From IMG/VR virus record IMGVR_UViG_3300032770_000024, positions 1 through 60,367 of that record: 60,367 nucleotides of DNA. One strand, written 5' to 3'. Position numbers and translations under genes: made by a program. The notes under the pieces were generated by a model, which was given only the letters and a program-made list of their open reading frames with translations, was not told the DNA's origin and made no database searches. Shown here piece by piece: positions 44,758-55,765 of the stretch (within the stretch, counting starts at the first letter, position 1; each line of letters opens with the position of its first letter). This DNA comes from a virus. Lineage: Duplodnaviria > Caudoviricetes.

Positions 44758-45174
44758 ATGGACGGAGCGTTAAATCCTCAGCAGGGAGTTGGCCCTGCGA
44801 CTGTCGGCGGACCCGCGCCCACTCAGGGAGCGTCGTCTGCGGCCCTCGCTAAGGTAGCGCTCGCAGTCCGTATCCTTGAGAGTACAATTCCCGAACTGGG
44901 AAGCGGCTCTGAGGCCGGTTTGGCCGTTCTCAAGGCGGTGCAGGGCCTGAGCAAAGTAGCGCACGACCAAGGTAGTGCGGGAACCGCTCAGACCGCCTTG
45001 ATGCAACTCATGATGCAGCAGCGGCAGGAAGCGCCGCTGCTCGCGCAGCTCAAGCAGCAGCAGATGCAAAGAGCACTGGCCGCCGGTGGTGGTCAAGCCG
45101 CTGGTGCAGCGCCCGCTGCCGCACCTCCCACCCCAGCCGCTCCGCCTGAAGGTGGCGGAGACTCAGGCACCTAG
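44758..45174 (+). CDS. Head-module hypothetical protein
   Basis: Position between portal and scaffold. Confidence 0.7.
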   Translation: MDGALNPQQGVGPATVGGPAPTQGASSAALAKVALAVRILESTIPELGSGSEAGLAVLKAVQGLSKVAHDQGSAGTAQTALMQLMMQQRQEAPLLAQLKQQQMQRALAAGGGQAAGAAPAAAPPTPAAPPEGGGDSGT

Positions 45175-45238
45175 CCTTTAACGCGCCCTTGCTGTAGGGC
45201 GTAGGTTCTACCCGCACCCCAACCAAGGAGTTTTTCCA

Positions 45239-45415
45239 ATGGCTGTCGATATTTTCAAAGACACCCGCACGAACCTGCCGGACAACGATTCTCGCATTGT
45301 CCGCGTCGGCTTCGATGAAGAGCAGCTGGGCAACCGCCGCGCGCAGCAGCCGAACGTGAAGTCGGATGGCCGCTTCGGCATCCAGCACGTCAACACTGGC
45401 CGCGGTAAGAAGTAA
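45239..45415 (+). CDS. 58-aa head-module protein (absent from ORF track)
   Basis: AAGGAG RBS; MAVDIFKD...GRGKK*; TAATG coupling. Confidence 0.7.
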   Translation: MAVDIFKDTRTNLPDNDSRIVRVGFDEEQLGNRRAQQPNVKSDGRFGIQHVNTGRGKK

Positions 45416-45600
45416 TGGCCCGCGCTACTGGCCACAAAGGCCCTGCTGGGAAGATGCCGCCGATGAAGAAGGCGGCGCCGAAGCCTGCAGCCCTGAAGGG
45501 CGCTGCTGCACCCGCCGCTGGCGGCCCGAAGAAGGTTCCGGCCAAGCCTGTTAAGGCCGGAGGCAAAGCCGCCGCTGGCAAGTTCATGGGCGGCCGCTAA
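45415..45600 (+). CDS. Lys/Ala/Pro-rich histone-H1-tail-like peptide
   Basis: KKAAPKPAALK...PAKPVKA; no acidic residues. Confidence 0.65.
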   Translation: MARATGHKGPAGKMPPMKKAAPKPAALKGAAAPAAGGPKKVPAKPVKAGGKAAAGKFMGGR

Positions 45601-45632
45601 GCCTCACCCTCCACCACAGATAGGAGCATCAA

Positions 45633-46250
45633 ATGACCGTTACCCCCGAAGAGCTGAAGCGACTGCAGAGCATCGACGCTCTCGTCACCAAGCTGGACGC
45701 CAACCCGAAGACGCATAAGCAGCTTCTGCGGATCATCAAGGAAGCGATGCCGGAGGTTCCTATCCCGGAACTGGACGCGGCGCAGCCGATCGAGGATGAG
45801 ATTGCTAAGGTGCGCGAGGCGCTGGCTTCTGAGCGCGATGCGCTGAAGGCGGAAGTGAGCGAGCTTCGCAACCTGCATAAGGCGGATAAGACTGCCCGCG
45901 GGATTGAGTCCGAGCGAGAGAAGCTGAGGGCGCAGGGTTGGGATGCCGAGGGCATCAAGAAGATTGAAGAGACGATGACCGAGAAGGGCATCATCGACTA
46001 CGATGTGGCTGCGGCCTACGTGGAGAAAACGCTTCCGGCTGATGAGCCGAGCCGTCCTTCCTACCAGAGCCGTGACTGGGGTTTTGCGGCGCCGGAGAAA
46101 GGGGATGCGGACCATGAGCTGCTCATGTCCAACCCCACGGCGTACAAGAACAAGATGGTCTCGCAGACAATGAATGAGCTGCAGGCCGGTAAGGGGTTCC
46201 GTCGCACGATCAGTCAGGGTGGTCCTACTGGTGCGTGGGGCGGGCAGTAA
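45633..46250 (+). CDS. Scaffolding protein
   Basis: Charged coiled coil directly before the capsid gene. Confidence 0.7.
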   Translation: MTVTPEELKRLQSIDALVTKLDANPKTHKQLLRIIKEAMPEVPIPELDAAQPIEDEIAKVREALASERDALKAEVSELRNLHKADKTARGIESEREKLRAQGWDAEGIKKIEETMTEKGIIDYDVAAAYVEKTLPADEPSRPSYQSRDWGFAAPEKGDADHELLMSNPTAYKNKMVSQTMNELQAGKGFRRTISQGGPTGAWGGQ

Positions 46251-46277
46251 GGACTCAACTCTAACAGGAGATAGGCA

Positions 46278-47312
46278 GTGCCGATCCCGAATTCAGGTGT
46301 GGTTCCCGGCTCGGGAGCGATATATAACGAACTGACCTCCGTCACGCGGCGCGCGTTCATGCCGACCGTGACTGTGCAGATCTACTACAGCACCCCGACG
46401 CTGATGATGCTGATGCGTAATGCGCAGCGCTCCGCGGGCGGTCTGTCGCAGATCACCGGCCCGGTGCAGGGCAACAGCATGGTCCAGGGCTCCTGGGCCA
46501 GCTACTCGGGCAACTTCAACCGCCCGACCGTCATCCCCGGCCTCCAGAACTTCCAGTTCAATACTTCCTACTTCCTCGTCCCGGTCCCTCTGGTCCTCGG
46601 CGAAGCTCTCTTGCAGAGCACGGAAGCTGTCATCCCCATCCTTGACGTTCGCATGAACGACGTGAAGGCCGTGATGGTGCAGCAGATGGGTTCGGCGCTG
46701 TTCACGAACAACACCGCAAACAACCTGATGCCGAGCAGCTTCTTCGACGCTTTCGACAACGGCACCAACGTCACCTCCTACGGTGGCATCAGCCGCACGG
46801 CGGCTGGCAACAGCTTCTGGAAAGGCCAGTATTACGGCGCAGCCGGTGCAGTGCTGACCAGGAAGGCGATGGCCGCTTACCTGATTCAGGTGACGGATGT
46901 GGCCGGTGGTGAAGCTCCCGACTTCGTGGTTATGAGCCCCTCGGACTACGCCACGCTGCAGCAGGACTTCATCGGCGTTGAGCAGCAGTATATCAACCCC
47001 GGCCCGATGAGCAATCCGACGATCGGCAGCCTGGATACGGCGGTTCGCTCGGCCTTCCCGAACCTCGTCATCAACGGCGTGCCGTTCTTCATGGATCACT
47101 GGTGCCCGAAAGGCACCCTTTACATGATCAACAGCAAGTATACCTCGATGTACCTGTCCGAAGATGCCCCGTTCGCCTTCTCCGGCTTCTACAGCGGCAT
47201 CCCGCTGTTCCAGATCGCGCAGGTCGGTGTGGCGATTGTTGGCTATCAGGTCATAACCACGAAACCGATCTCGGGCGCGAAGATCACCGGCATCACCGGC
47301 GGCGCGTTCTAA
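46278..47312 (+). CDS. Major capsid protein
   Basis: 344 aa; AGGAG RBS; YGGISR, GVPFFMDHWCP; strong codon bias; synteny. Confidence 0.85.
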   Translation: MPIPNSGVVPGSGAIYNELTSVTRRAFMPTVTVQIYYSTPTLMMLMRNAQRSAGGLSQITGPVQGNSMVQGSWASYSGNFNRPTVIPGLQNFQFNTSYFLVPVPLVLGEALLQSTEAVIPILDVRMNDVKAVMVQQMGSALFTNNTANNLMPSSFFDAFDNGTNVTSYGGISRTAAGNSFWKGQYYGAAGAVLTRKAMAAYLIQVTDVAGGEAPDFVVMSPSDYATLQQDFIGVEQQYINPGPMSNPTIGSLDTAVRSAFPNLVINGVPFFMDHWCPKGTLYMINSKYTSMYLSEDAPFAFSGFYSGIPLFQIAQVGVAIVGYQVITTKPISGAKITGITGGAF

Positions 47313-47327
47313 CAGGAAGGAAAGCAA

Positions 47328-48155
47328 ATGTCACTCTTTAATATTGCGGGTCCGGGCCAGGGTCTTCCGACCAATGTGGGCGCGAACCAGTTCAATACGC
47401 CGGGTCAGCCCTGGGCGGCTCCTGGCCCTAACAAGATTGGGCTCTATAGCGGGCAGTCCATTCTCATTCCCGCCGGTGAGTACATCATCAATCCGGGCGT
47501 CTACTCGAGCATTCAGTACCTCGACCCTGTGTCGGGCGTCTGGGCGAACTTCGAGACAGGCGCTGCGGCGGGCAATGGCCGCTGGATCAACTCGGATGGT
47601 GTGAACTGGCGCATCATCAACACGGCGTCCTGCCCGATCAGCGGCACGGTCACGGCGGCAGGTTCTGGCTATACCAGCACCCCGACCGTTACCTCGAGCG
47701 TCGGCGGCTCCCTGTGGACTGCGGTAGTTGGCGGCGCGGTAAGCAGCTCCTTCACCATCGGCACGGCGGGTTCCGGCTATCAGCAGCCGCCGCTGGTCCT
47801 CTTCGACGCGCCGCCCGCAGGCGGTGTGCAGGCCACCGGCTACGCCACCATTACTTCGGGCGCTGTGACGGCCATCACCCTGATCAACGCAGGTGCCGGT
47901 TACACGACCGCCCCGGGCATCACCTTCGTCACCTCGCAGACGGACGAGGGCACAGCGATTGTGTCGGCAGCCGCTACCTGCGTTCTGACCGGGGCCAACA
48001 CCGTGACCGCGGTTCTGCTGCAGAACCCTGGCCTGCCGGAGGCTTCGGCTCCGACCTTGACAATCACCGGCGGCGGTGGTAGTAGTGCAACGGCGACTGC
48101 AACGATGAATGGCTCGACGGCGGAAGCCGACACCATCGTCATTCAGCCCGCCTAA
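47328..48155 (+). CDS. Capsid decoration/appendage protein with GSGY-PTVT repeats
   Basis: Follows MCP; SDGVNWR, AGSGYTSTPTVT. Confidence 0.65.
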   Translation: MSLFNIAGPGQGLPTNVGANQFNTPGQPWAAPGPNKIGLYSGQSILIPAGEYIINPGVYSSIQYLDPVSGVWANFETGAAAGNGRWINSDGVNWRIINTASCPISGTVTAAGSGYTSTPTVTSSVGGSLWTAVVGGAVSSSFTIGTAGSGYQQPPLVLFDAPPAGGVQATGYATITSGAVTAITLINAGAGYTTAPGITFVTSQTDEGTAIVSAAATCVLTGANTVTAVLLQNPGLPEASAPTLTITGGGGSSATATATMNGSTAEADTIVIQPA

Positions 48156-48159
48156 GTTT

Positions 48160-48173
48160 GGAGCTTCGGCTCC
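48160..48173 (+). terminator. UUCG hairpin after the capsid genes
   Basis: GGAGC-TTCG-GCTCC; no U tract. Confidence 0.4.
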
Positions 48174-48215
48174 TAAGAGTCCCTGTGGTGGGGGAGATCG
48201 TGAAGGAGTGACGCA

Positions 48216-48914
48216 GTGGCTTTAACTGCATACGTGCAACAGGTCCAGCGCCTCCTTCACGACACAACCGGACAATTCTACCAATACCCTGACCTCACGT
48301 ACTACGTGAATTCTGCTCGCGGACAAGTGGCGCTCGAAGGCGAATGTACTCGCGCCCTTTGCTCCCTAGCGACAGCCAATGGCCAGCAATCCTATACCCT
48401 TTCTTCAATTGGTAACCTGCCCTCCGGCGGGCAATACGCGCTGGTCGTGCGCGGAATTTACCTGAACGGGCAGACGTATGAGGCGCGGCCCTGGGAATGG
48501 TTCGCCAATTTGTGCCTTGGCACCGCTTTCAGCCCCGCTGTTCCGGTCTGGGCGCAATTAGGCTCTGGAGCATCTTCAAGCCTTTACATATGCCCCACCC
48601 CCTCTGTCGCGGTTGCTTTGCAAGTAGACAGTGTGATCCAGCCCATTCCGCTAAATACGGATGCAGACCCTGAGCTAATCCCCTACCCCTGGACCGACGC
48701 CGTACCCTACTACGCTGCTTACCTGGCCTACTTAGACGCCCAGCGCACACAAGACGCCCAGTTAATGTTCGAGCTTTACACCACGTTCGTCAATCGAGCC
48801 AGGAAGATCGTCACACCCACCTCTAACGCGAGACAGTGGCCCGGTGCGCTGGGCGCTCAGATTGCTGGCGCTGCTACAGGCCTTGCAAATCCTCAGGGGC
48901 TCCCCAATGGCTAG
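48216..48914 (+). CDS. Head-tail adaptor-like protein 1
   Basis: YVQQVQRLL, IPYPWTDAVPYYAAY. Confidence 0.7.
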   Translation: MALTAYVQQVQRLLHDTTGQFYQYPDLTYYVNSARGQVALEGECTRALCSLATANGQQSYTLSSIGNLPSGGQYALVVRGIYLNGQTYEARPWEWFANLCLGTAFSPAVPVWAQLGSGASSSLYICPTPSVAVALQVDSVIQPIPLNTDADPELIPYPWTDAVPYYAAYLAYLDAQRTQDAQLMFELYTTFVNRARKIVTPTSNARQWPGALGAQIAGAATGLANPQGLPNG

Positions 48915-49605
48915 TTTCACTGAGTACGTTCAAAGGGTCCGCTTGCTTGTTGGGGATGCTAATTATAGCCTCTTCAATCCCACCGACGTCGCCCTCTTCA
49001 TAAATGAGGCCCGCAGGCAGGTTGCGATGGAGGGCGAGGTACTTCGTTGCCTTCCGCAGGACCTCTATACGGTTGAAGGGCAGGAGATTTACCCCTTCTC
49101 AGCGGTCGATCTCACACCCTTTCCGGGCTATTCTTATGTGTATCAGGTAAAGTCGATCGCCCTTATCTGGGGCTCCTTCCAGTACGTGGTAGAGCGGGTC
49201 TCCTTCTCCAAATACCAGGCTGTAGTGCGGAACTACACGCAGGGCTTCCAGTACATTCCATGCGTTGGAGCGCAGTTTGGCGACGGCCAAAACGCCGTAA
49301 TGTACCTCTATCCCATCGCAAACGACGTGTACCAGATGTTCTGGGACTGCTATTGCGCCCCTATTGATCTATCGGGGGCCTCAGGGGAAGTAGAAGCGAT
49401 TCCAAGCCCCTGGACGGACGCAATCCCCTTCTACGCTGCTTACCAGCTGCTAAATACCATGCAGGTGAGTCCTGCGGGGCTGAATGAGAACCTCGCGAGG
49501 ATTAAGCAGGCCGATAGGATGTTCGGCGAGTACATGAAATTCATGCTTCGGGCGCGGCAATTCGCCTCTCGAGGCCAGATCAACAACCCCTATGGGAGGA
49601 GTTAA
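48907..49605 (+). CDS. Head-tail adaptor-like protein 2 (paralogue)
   Basis: YVQRVRLLV, IPSPWTDAIPFYAAY. Confidence 0.7.
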   Translation: MASFTEYVQRVRLLVGDANYSLFNPTDVALFINEARRQVAMEGEVLRCLPQDLYTVEGQEIYPFSAVDLTPFPGYSYVYQVKSIALIWGSFQYVVERVSFSKYQAVVRNYTQGFQYIPCVGAQFGDGQNAVMYLYPIANDVYQMFWDCYCAPIDLSGASGEVEAIPSPWTDAIPFYAAYQLLNTMQVSPAGLNENLARIKQADRMFGEYMKFMLRARQFASRGQINNPYGRS

Positions 49606-49675
49606 TGTGCGCTATTCCGCTTCCCTCTGAGGAGCCAGGCACTCGGAAAGACCCTCCAGTTAAAAAGAGATAGAA

Positions 49676-52600
49676 ATGGCCCTGAATTTTCCCGGCGCGA
49701 ACGGAGAGCGTGGTGCGACGCCCAACATTGTTGGGCTTCTTGGCTTTGAGGGACTGAACAACAACGATTCGCGCTCCGCAATCGACGACCAAGAGTGTGC
49801 CTGGTTGCTTAACCTCTTTCCGATTGGAAAGGGCAATCTGCGCACGCTCTATGGTGCCGGAGCAAATACCTATGGCACCGCAAGCACGGGAAGTGAAGCC
49901 ACAGGTAATCTGGAGTACGTCTACTACTTCACGATGGTTTCGGAGCAGACTCCTACAAGCGCTACCACTGTTCCCCCCAATCCGGATGAATGGGTATTTG
50001 CGGCCAGCGGCAACTCCGACCACTTCTACCTCTACAATATCACCCAAAATCAGGCCTTTGTCATCGCTAATACCTCCACTTATCGAGGAGGCACCTTTAC
50101 TACTTCTGTAATTGACAGCAGTCCCCAGGCCATCTGCTTCAACAACAAGTACCTGCTTGTGGTAGATAGTGTCAGTTTCCGTGTTATCCAGCCCTTCGTC
50201 TACCCTCCACATGACCTTAACTCCCCAAATTCTCTCGTAGTTACAGCCTTCGGGCCGGGCTCCCTTGCGCCGAACGTCACCATGACCAATTCTGGGTCAG
50301 GGTATGGGCTTGCAACCAATGTGACCATTGGAGCCACCATTTCAGGAGGCTCTGGCGAAGGGGCTTCAATATATCCCGCGGCAAATTCGACCACAGGCGC
50401 CGTTACAGGGGGAACTTTTATCAATTCGGGCTCGGGCTATCTGGCCTCTGATGCTTCCCTTCCGGCCCCTGTTATCTTTTTCACGGACAATCCCAGCGGC
50501 CAGATCACCGCTTCTTACACCAACAGCAGCGGTGTAATCACCGGCGTCACGGTAACTGGAGCCGGAAGTGGCTGGACTCGCAACCCGCAGGTCAACTTCG
50601 GCTGCCCTATCAGCTCAATCCTTGTAACTCAGGCTGGAAGCGGCTACCTTACAGCTCCCACGGTCACACTGATCGGCGGTGGAGGCACCTACACGTCTGC
50701 TACTGCCACACTGAGCGGTACCACGGTTTCCTCCATTGCAGTAACTGGCTCCGCTAACTACACCAGCGCGCCCCTGGTGGTGATTGGAGCCCCAAATCAG
50801 AACTCCAGCACCCCGGTACAGGCCACTGCTACGGCGGTACTCGGCGTGGGCTCGGTAGCTGCCCTTGGCTTTGCCAATCTGGTGCCCGGCCCTGTCGGCT
50901 ACATCGACGTTCTAAATGGTGGAGGGCAGTACAACAACCCTCCGACAGTGGTACTGCAGGGCAACGCTACCGCGGTTTCAACCCTTATCCCGGCGCCCCT
51001 CAACCACATCTATGTGTATGCGGGGGGTTCTGGCTACACCAGCCCGCCGACAGTAACTATTAGCGGCGGTGGAGGATCGGGCGCAACCGCGGTTGCCATT
51101 ATTCAGGGCGGCGCTGTAAAAGCGGCCGTTATCACGGCTAATGGCTCCGGCTACACTTCCCAGCCCACAGTGACTTTCAGTGGAGGCGGCGGTTCAGGTG
51201 CTATCGCCTACGCCGATATTGACACTTCGGTGGCCTCAATCACGCTGACAAGCGCCGGAAGCGGCTATACGAGTGTGCCGCTGGCGATCTTGGTGGAGCA
51301 GGGCGGGGCTCTAGCCACTGCAGCTGAAAGCGGGGGCGGGCTTAGCTCTGTTAACCTGGTGGCTGGCTATGCAGGAAGCTACTTAACACCTCCCGCGGTC
51401 ACAATTAGCGATCCCACCGGCTCCGGTGCAAGTGTCACAGCCAACTTGGCCTCCGTCAGCTTGCAGTCCAGCTTCTTCTATATCGTCAATGAGGGCATCG
51501 GTTTTACGCCGAACGTCCATATTCCGCTGACCATTACTGGTGGCGGTGGTTCTGGAGCTGCCGCTTATGTGCAGGTAAATGGGCAGGGCTACGCCGAGAC
51601 GGTCGTAGTCACCGCTGGTGGCTCCGGCTATACTAGCGCTCCTTCTTTGAGCGCCAGTCCCAGCCCCGGCGCCGGGCTCGTTGTCGTTTGCGTTCCCGTC
51701 TTCCCGATTGCCTCCTTTACCGTCAATACTCCAGGCACAGGCTATACCAAACCTACCGCTGTAGTAGCGGGCACACAATTCACCACTCCCGGCTTCGGCG
51801 CATCCACCATCACCTACATGCAACCCACCGGCATTGCCAGCATTACTGTGGCTTCCGGCGGCGCTGGTTGGACCACCAACAGCTCAGTAACTGTGGGCGG
51901 CGTAGGAGCCACAGCCACAGCCAATTTAATGCCCTTTGGCGTTGCGGGCACCACGGTTGAGATCTACCAGGGTCGTGCCTGGGTTGGCGGCAAGACCACC
52001 GTACAATTTTCTTCCGCCATTAATCCGTGGGACTTCTCCATCCCCAACGGCGCTGGTGCCTTCTCTGTCCAAGAACAGTACTTGAAACGGAAAATTTCGG
52101 CCCTCAAGCAGGCCAACGGCTTCCTCTATATCTTCGGCGATAGCTCAATCTACGTTGTCTCGAACGTCAACCAGAGTTCAACCACCTCGGGCGGAATAAC
52201 CACCACCACAACCACCTTTCAGGTGTATAACGTGGACCCGCAGGTCGGCACCGTCTGGCGTGACACTGTTCAGCAGTACGGCTACTCTATCATCTTTGTA
52301 AACCCTGATGGGGTTTATACGCTGCTGGGTGGTGCGGCACAGAAGATCTCTACTCCGATTAACGGGTTCTTTGCCAGCAATCCGTATAAGAATAATCCAG
52401 AGGCAGTGCAGTATTCAGCAGCCATTGCCACCATTTTTGGCATCCGCAGCTACGTCTTCCTCTTTGATACCTATGACTATCTGGGTAATCCGGTGCGCTT
52501 GCTGGTGGGCTGGAACGCCGGGAAATGGTTTTCCGCCACTCAAACCTACAATCAGCTTCTGCTCAACGCAATCGGCGGCAGCGTGGCCTCGAGCCCCCTC

Positions 52601-53107
52601 CTTGGCTCCACCATCAACACACGCTTCATCTGCACAAAGGAACTGGACAGTGCGCTTTCTATCCTTGGTACTGATGGCACTTACATTATGGATTATTTTA
52701 ATACTCCTGATAACACACTACCCAAGCAGCTTCAGTCGAAACTTTTCGACGGGGGCAATATTTTTGTCTACAAGCAGGTCTTCCGTACTTACGCTTTCCT
52801 ACAGCCCTTTTCCTCTTCTACCGCAGACGTGGTAACTATGCAGATCGACACGTCAGGCTCCTTGGACGTGTCCTCCGCTTCCTTCCTCGGAGAGGGTTTT
52901 AATTTTGTAAATGTGCAGGGGCAGGTTGAGCAGTTCCAAGATAACACACCAGCTAATCTGTACTTTGAGTCCACATCTCCGCGAATTTCTGGGGCCAATG
53001 TACAGGCAAATGACTTGCTTGTCGGCTTCACCATGAACACGTATAATGCAGATTTGACTTTTGTGGGCCTTTATATCCAGTTCAAGCCTGCAACCTCTTA
53101 CGCATAA
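49676..53107 (+). CDS. Tail nozzle / DNA stabilisation protein with inserted repeat domains
   Basis: GFEGLN N-terminus; YQGRAWV...QFSS..NPWDF; central GSGYT.PTVT.SGGGG repeats. Confidence 0.7.
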   Translation: MALNFPGANGERGATPNIVGLLGFEGLNNNDSRSAIDDQECAWLLNLFPIGKGNLRTLYGAGANTYGTASTGSEATGNLEYVYYFTMVSEQTPTSATTVPPNPDEWVFAASGNSDHFYLYNITQNQAFVIANTSTYRGGTFTTSVIDSSPQAICFNNKYLLVVDSVSFRVIQPFVYPPHDLNSPNSLVVTAFGPGSLAPNVTMTNSGSGYGLATNVTIGATISGGSGEGASIYPAANSTTGAVTGGTFINSGSGYLASDASLPAPVIFFTDNPSGQITASYTNSSGVITGVTVTGAGSGWTRNPQVNFGCPISSILVTQAGSGYLTAPTVTLIGGGGTYTSATATLSGTTVSSIAVTGSANYTSAPLVVIGAPNQNSSTPVQATATAVLGVGSVAALGFANLVPGPVGYIDVLNGGGQYNNPPTVVLQGNATAVSTLIPAPLNHIYVYAGGSGYTSPPTVTISGGGGSGATAVAIIQGGAVKAAVITANGSGYTSQPTVTFSGGGGSGAIAYADIDTSVASITLTSAGSGYTSVPLAILVEQGGALATAAESGGGLSSVNLVAGYAGSYLTPPAVTISDPTGSGASVTANLASVSLQSSFFYIVNEGIGFTPNVHIPLTITGGGGSGAAAYVQVNGQGYAETVVVTAGGSGYTSAPSLSASPSPGAGLVVVCVPVFPIASFTVNTPGTGYTKPTAVVAGTQFTTPGFGASTITYMQPTGIASITVASGGAGWTTNSSVTVGGVGATATANLMPFGVAGTTVEIYQGRAWVGGKTTVQFSSAINPWDFSIPNGAGAFSVQEQYLKRKISALKQANGFLYIFGDSSIYVVSNVNQSSTTSGGITTTTTTFQVYNVDPQVGTVWRDTVQQYGYSIIFVNPDGVYTLLGGAAQKISTPINGFFASNPYKNNPEAVQYSAAIATIFGIRSYVFLFDTYDYLGNPVRLLVGWNAGKWFSATQTYNQLLLNAIGGSVASSPLLGSTINTRFICTKELDSALSILGTDGTYIMDYFNTPDNTLPKQLQSKLFDGGNIFVYKQVFRTYAFLQPFSSSTADVVTMQIDTSGSLDVSSASFLGEGFNFVNVQGQVEQFQDNTPANLYFESTSPRISGANVQANDLLVGFTMNTYNADLTFVGLYIQFKPATSYA

Positions 53108-53116
53108 GGAAAGCAG

Positions 53117-53908
53117 ATGGCCCAGGTTCCCTACATCTTCGCTACATTGCCTGGAGGGCTGGTTCCAGCTAGTTATCTGGATGCCAATTTTGCCGCGGTG
53201 AATCCTCCCGTTCTTTATGGCACAGATACTGGCTCAGTTAATACACTGAATATAACTGTCCCGGTGCCCTCTTCAGTCGTAAGTCTGGCTAATCTGACGG
53301 GCTACCTATTTCAGGTAGTTCCCGCCTTTGCCAATACTGGAGCGGCTACCATTGAGGTAAATGGCTACCCTTCAGTTCCTGTCCTGGAGTACGATGGCAC
53401 TACGCTGCAGCCCTACGCGCTCCGCGCTGGTGTTCTGGCACTCATGGCCTGCCAAGGCACTTCCATGGTCGTTCTTTCTGTGGGAGGGCCAGTCTATTTC
53501 AATGCTCCTTCCGGCTACGTGGGCGACCTGCTTAATCTGAAACTGAATGGAACAACCGTTCTTTCTGTAGACCAGGCTGGTAATCTGGCAGGGCAGTTAA
53601 ACATTACCAATTCGCTTAGTCCCGCAGTTACAGCCGCAGGGACTACTCAAGGCACTGCCACTACACTGACCTCTACGTGGAACGTGGTAACAACCAACGC
53701 GAGTGGCACAGGTGTAATTCTTCAAACTACTCCCACCGGAACAGCAATTCGCGTCTTCCATGCAGCCTCCGGCGGTAACATACTCAGCGTTTACCCTCCT
53801 GCCGGGCACACAATCTTTTCCCTTACCACAAACTCCCCCGCGGGAATGCTAGAAAATCAGGTAAACGATTTCTGCTATCTCGGCTCCAACCTTTGGATGG
53901 TGAAATAA
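53117..53908 (+). CDS. Tail fibre-like protein without signal peptide
   Basis: LDANFA, DTGSVN, ANTGAATI motifs. Confidence 0.65.
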   Translation: MAQVPYIFATLPGGLVPASYLDANFAAVNPPVLYGTDTGSVNTLNITVPVPSSVVSLANLTGYLFQVVPAFANTGAATIEVNGYPSVPVLEYDGTTLQPYALRAGVLALMACQGTSMVVLSVGGPVYFNAPSGYVGDLLNLKLNGTTVLSVDQAGNLAGQLNITNSLSPAVTAAGTTQGTATTLTSTWNVVTTNASGTGVILQTTPTGTAIRVFHAASGGNILSVYPPAGHTIFSLTTNSPAGMLENQVNDFCYLGSNLWMVK

Positions 53909-54958
53909 ATGCGTAAATTTTTATACCTTCTAACCTTTCTCTTTGGTGCTTGCGCTCAAGCAGCAACTGTCCAGGGACCCTTGCAGGCGCAAAACGCTTT
54001 GGCCGAGATAGCAGCCAACGGTTCTACCGCGCAGGCTAGTGCCCGGACAAACATTGGAGCTGCTTCAACTGCATCTCCCACATTTACTGGCACGGTTACA
54101 ATTCCAACCGGCTCCGTACTTAATACTCCGGCATCTATTAACCTAACCAACGGAACGGCTCTCCCGTACACGGCGTTGCCTTCTTTGAGTGCTAATCAGC
54201 TGCTAGGCTCTCTTACGGCAACCACTCCAAGCGGCCAGTCTGTGCCTTCGTGCAGCGCTGCAGGAGATGCGTTATCCTGGACTTCCGGCACAGGTTTTGG
54301 TTGCTTTACGGGATATGCGCCACTGGCCAATCCGGTATTCACCGGAAGTTTTAATGCTGCGACAGGTGCCACATTCGGAACAGTAATAAACAGCGGTACC
54401 ACAACCTTTCTAACAGATGAAAATGTATCTTCTGCTCCTGGCACTGCAGCGGTTGTTTTAGCTTTGACCGGGGGCGCGGACTTTGCCGAGTTAATCAATC
54501 TCGACGGCACAACCCCCACAGCTTTTCTTGAAAGCGGCAGCGGCGATACTGGCGGTTTGGTTATTCAGACCAGTGCGGGACCGATTGTACTTGCCAGCAA
54601 CACGGTTTTCACTGGAACAACCTTCTCGGTTGCACATACGCTTTTCGCTTCTACTGCTCCAACGATCGCTTCCGGTTTTGGCACCAGCCCTTCGATCGCG
54701 GCAAATAATGGAACAGCGGCTTTCGCCGTTACCGTCGGGACAAGCCCGGGTTCTAGCGGCGTTTTGACTTTGCCGGCAGCTGCAGATGGTTGGGCCTGTG
54801 ATGCAACTGATATAACTACACAAAGCGCCAGCGTCTTTCTTACAAAAGAGACCACCACCACTACAACTACTGTCACGCTTACGCAGTACAACGATGCGGC
54901 AGTGGCAACGCCATGGGTTGCGGGCGATAAGCTCTTAGTTAAATGCTCTGGCTATTAA
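53909..54958 (+). CDS. Signal-peptide-bearing fibre-like protein
   Basis: [18 protein letters not shown] leader; [23 protein letters not shown] fibre motifs. Confidence 0.7.
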   Translation: MRKFLYLLTFLFGACAQAATVQGPLQAQNALAEIAANGSTAQASARTNIGAASTASPTFTGTVTIPTGSVLNTPASINLTNGTALPYTALPSLSANQLLGSLTATTPSGQSVPSCSAAGDALSWTSGTGFGCFTGYAPLANPVFTGSFNAATGATFGTVINSGTTTFLTDENVSSAPGTAAVVLALTGGADFAELINLDGTTPTAFLESGSGDTGGLVIQTSAGPIVLASNTVFTGTTFSVAHTLFASTAPTIASGFGTSPSIAANNGTAAFAVTVGTSPGSSGVLTLPAAADGWACDATDITTQSASVFLTKETTTTTTTVTLTQYNDAAVATPWVAGDKLLVKCSGY

Positions 54959-54969
54959 GGAGAAGAAAA

Positions 54970-55107
54970 ATGCCATTGAAAAAGGGTAAGTCGAAAAAGG
55001 CCGTGAGCGGGAATATTTCCAAGCTCTCACACGAAGGGTATCCGCAAAAGCAGGCAGTTGCTATCGCGCTCTCAACGGCACGGAAGAGCAAGAAGAAAGG
55101 GAAGTAG
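54970..55107 (+). CDS. 45-aa basic protein ([13 protein letters not shown]...QAVAIALS; DUF6496-like)
   Basis: AAGGAG RBS; recognisable small phage family motif. Confidence 0.75.
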   Translation: MPLKKGKSKKAVSGNISKLSHEGYPQKQAVAIALSTARKSKKKGK

Positions 55108-55155
55108 CTCTTCCCTTTTATTCGAGCTAATCTCCCTACAAATTTGGAGGCTTTT

Positions 55156-55764
55156 ATGAAGCTCAGACTCCTTTCCCTCTTGCTGGTCCTGCTGCCAGGC
55201 CTCGCCCTGGCGCAGACTACCAACTTCCCGACTCCCCCGCTGAACGGCTTCCAGCAGTATGTTCCGGGGCAGATGTGTATGAGCCTGAACGGCTCGAACT
55301 ACGCGGTGCCCTGCAGTAGCAGCAATCCTCTGCCGGTCACGGTGACTGGTGGGGGAGGCAGTACGGTAAATCAGGGTAATGCGGGGAGCGCGGCGCAAGC
55401 CTGGTTCTCGCAGCAGGTGCTGGGCGGCACCGTAGTTAGCAACACCAACCCGATGCCGGTGACTGTCATTTCTGGTAGCGGAACGCAGGCTATTGCCTAT
55501 GCTGCGCCGGGCTCGACGGTTTCTGTTACCACAGCTTCTACCTCCGTACTCGGCGCTGCCGCTTACACCCACACTCTGACGCTGTGCACCGAACCGGCGG
55601 ACGCAGGAAATGTGTGGCTCAATCTTTCAGGAGGCGCCGCTGTAGTGAATACGGGCTTCTATGTGCCCTCCGCCGGAGGCTGTGTTACCATAGCCCCTCC
55701 AACCGCAGCCATCACCGGAATAAGCGATAGCGGCACTTCGCACCTGACTGTTCAGGGAGGTTAA
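55156..55764 (+). CDS. Signal-peptide-bearing appendage protein
   Basis: GGAGG RBS; MKLRLLSLLLVLLPGLALA leader; NP(L/M)PVTV twice. Confidence 0.7.
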   Translation: MKLRLLSLLLVLLPGLALAQTTNFPTPPLNGFQQYVPGQMCMSLNGSNYAVPCSSSNPLPVTVTGGGGSTVNQGNAGSAAQAWFSQQVLGGTVVSNTNPMPVTVISGSGTQAIAYAAPGSTVSVTTASTSVLGAAAYTHTLTLCTEPADAGNVWLNLSGGAAVVNTGFYVPSAGGCVTIAPPTAAITGISDSGTSHLTVQGG

Positions 55765-55765
55765 T

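Noticed and set aside
46293-47327. Long antisense ORFs (also 40781-42052, 16688-17920, 8386-9522)
   Set aside because: Shadow frames of GC3-biased real genes
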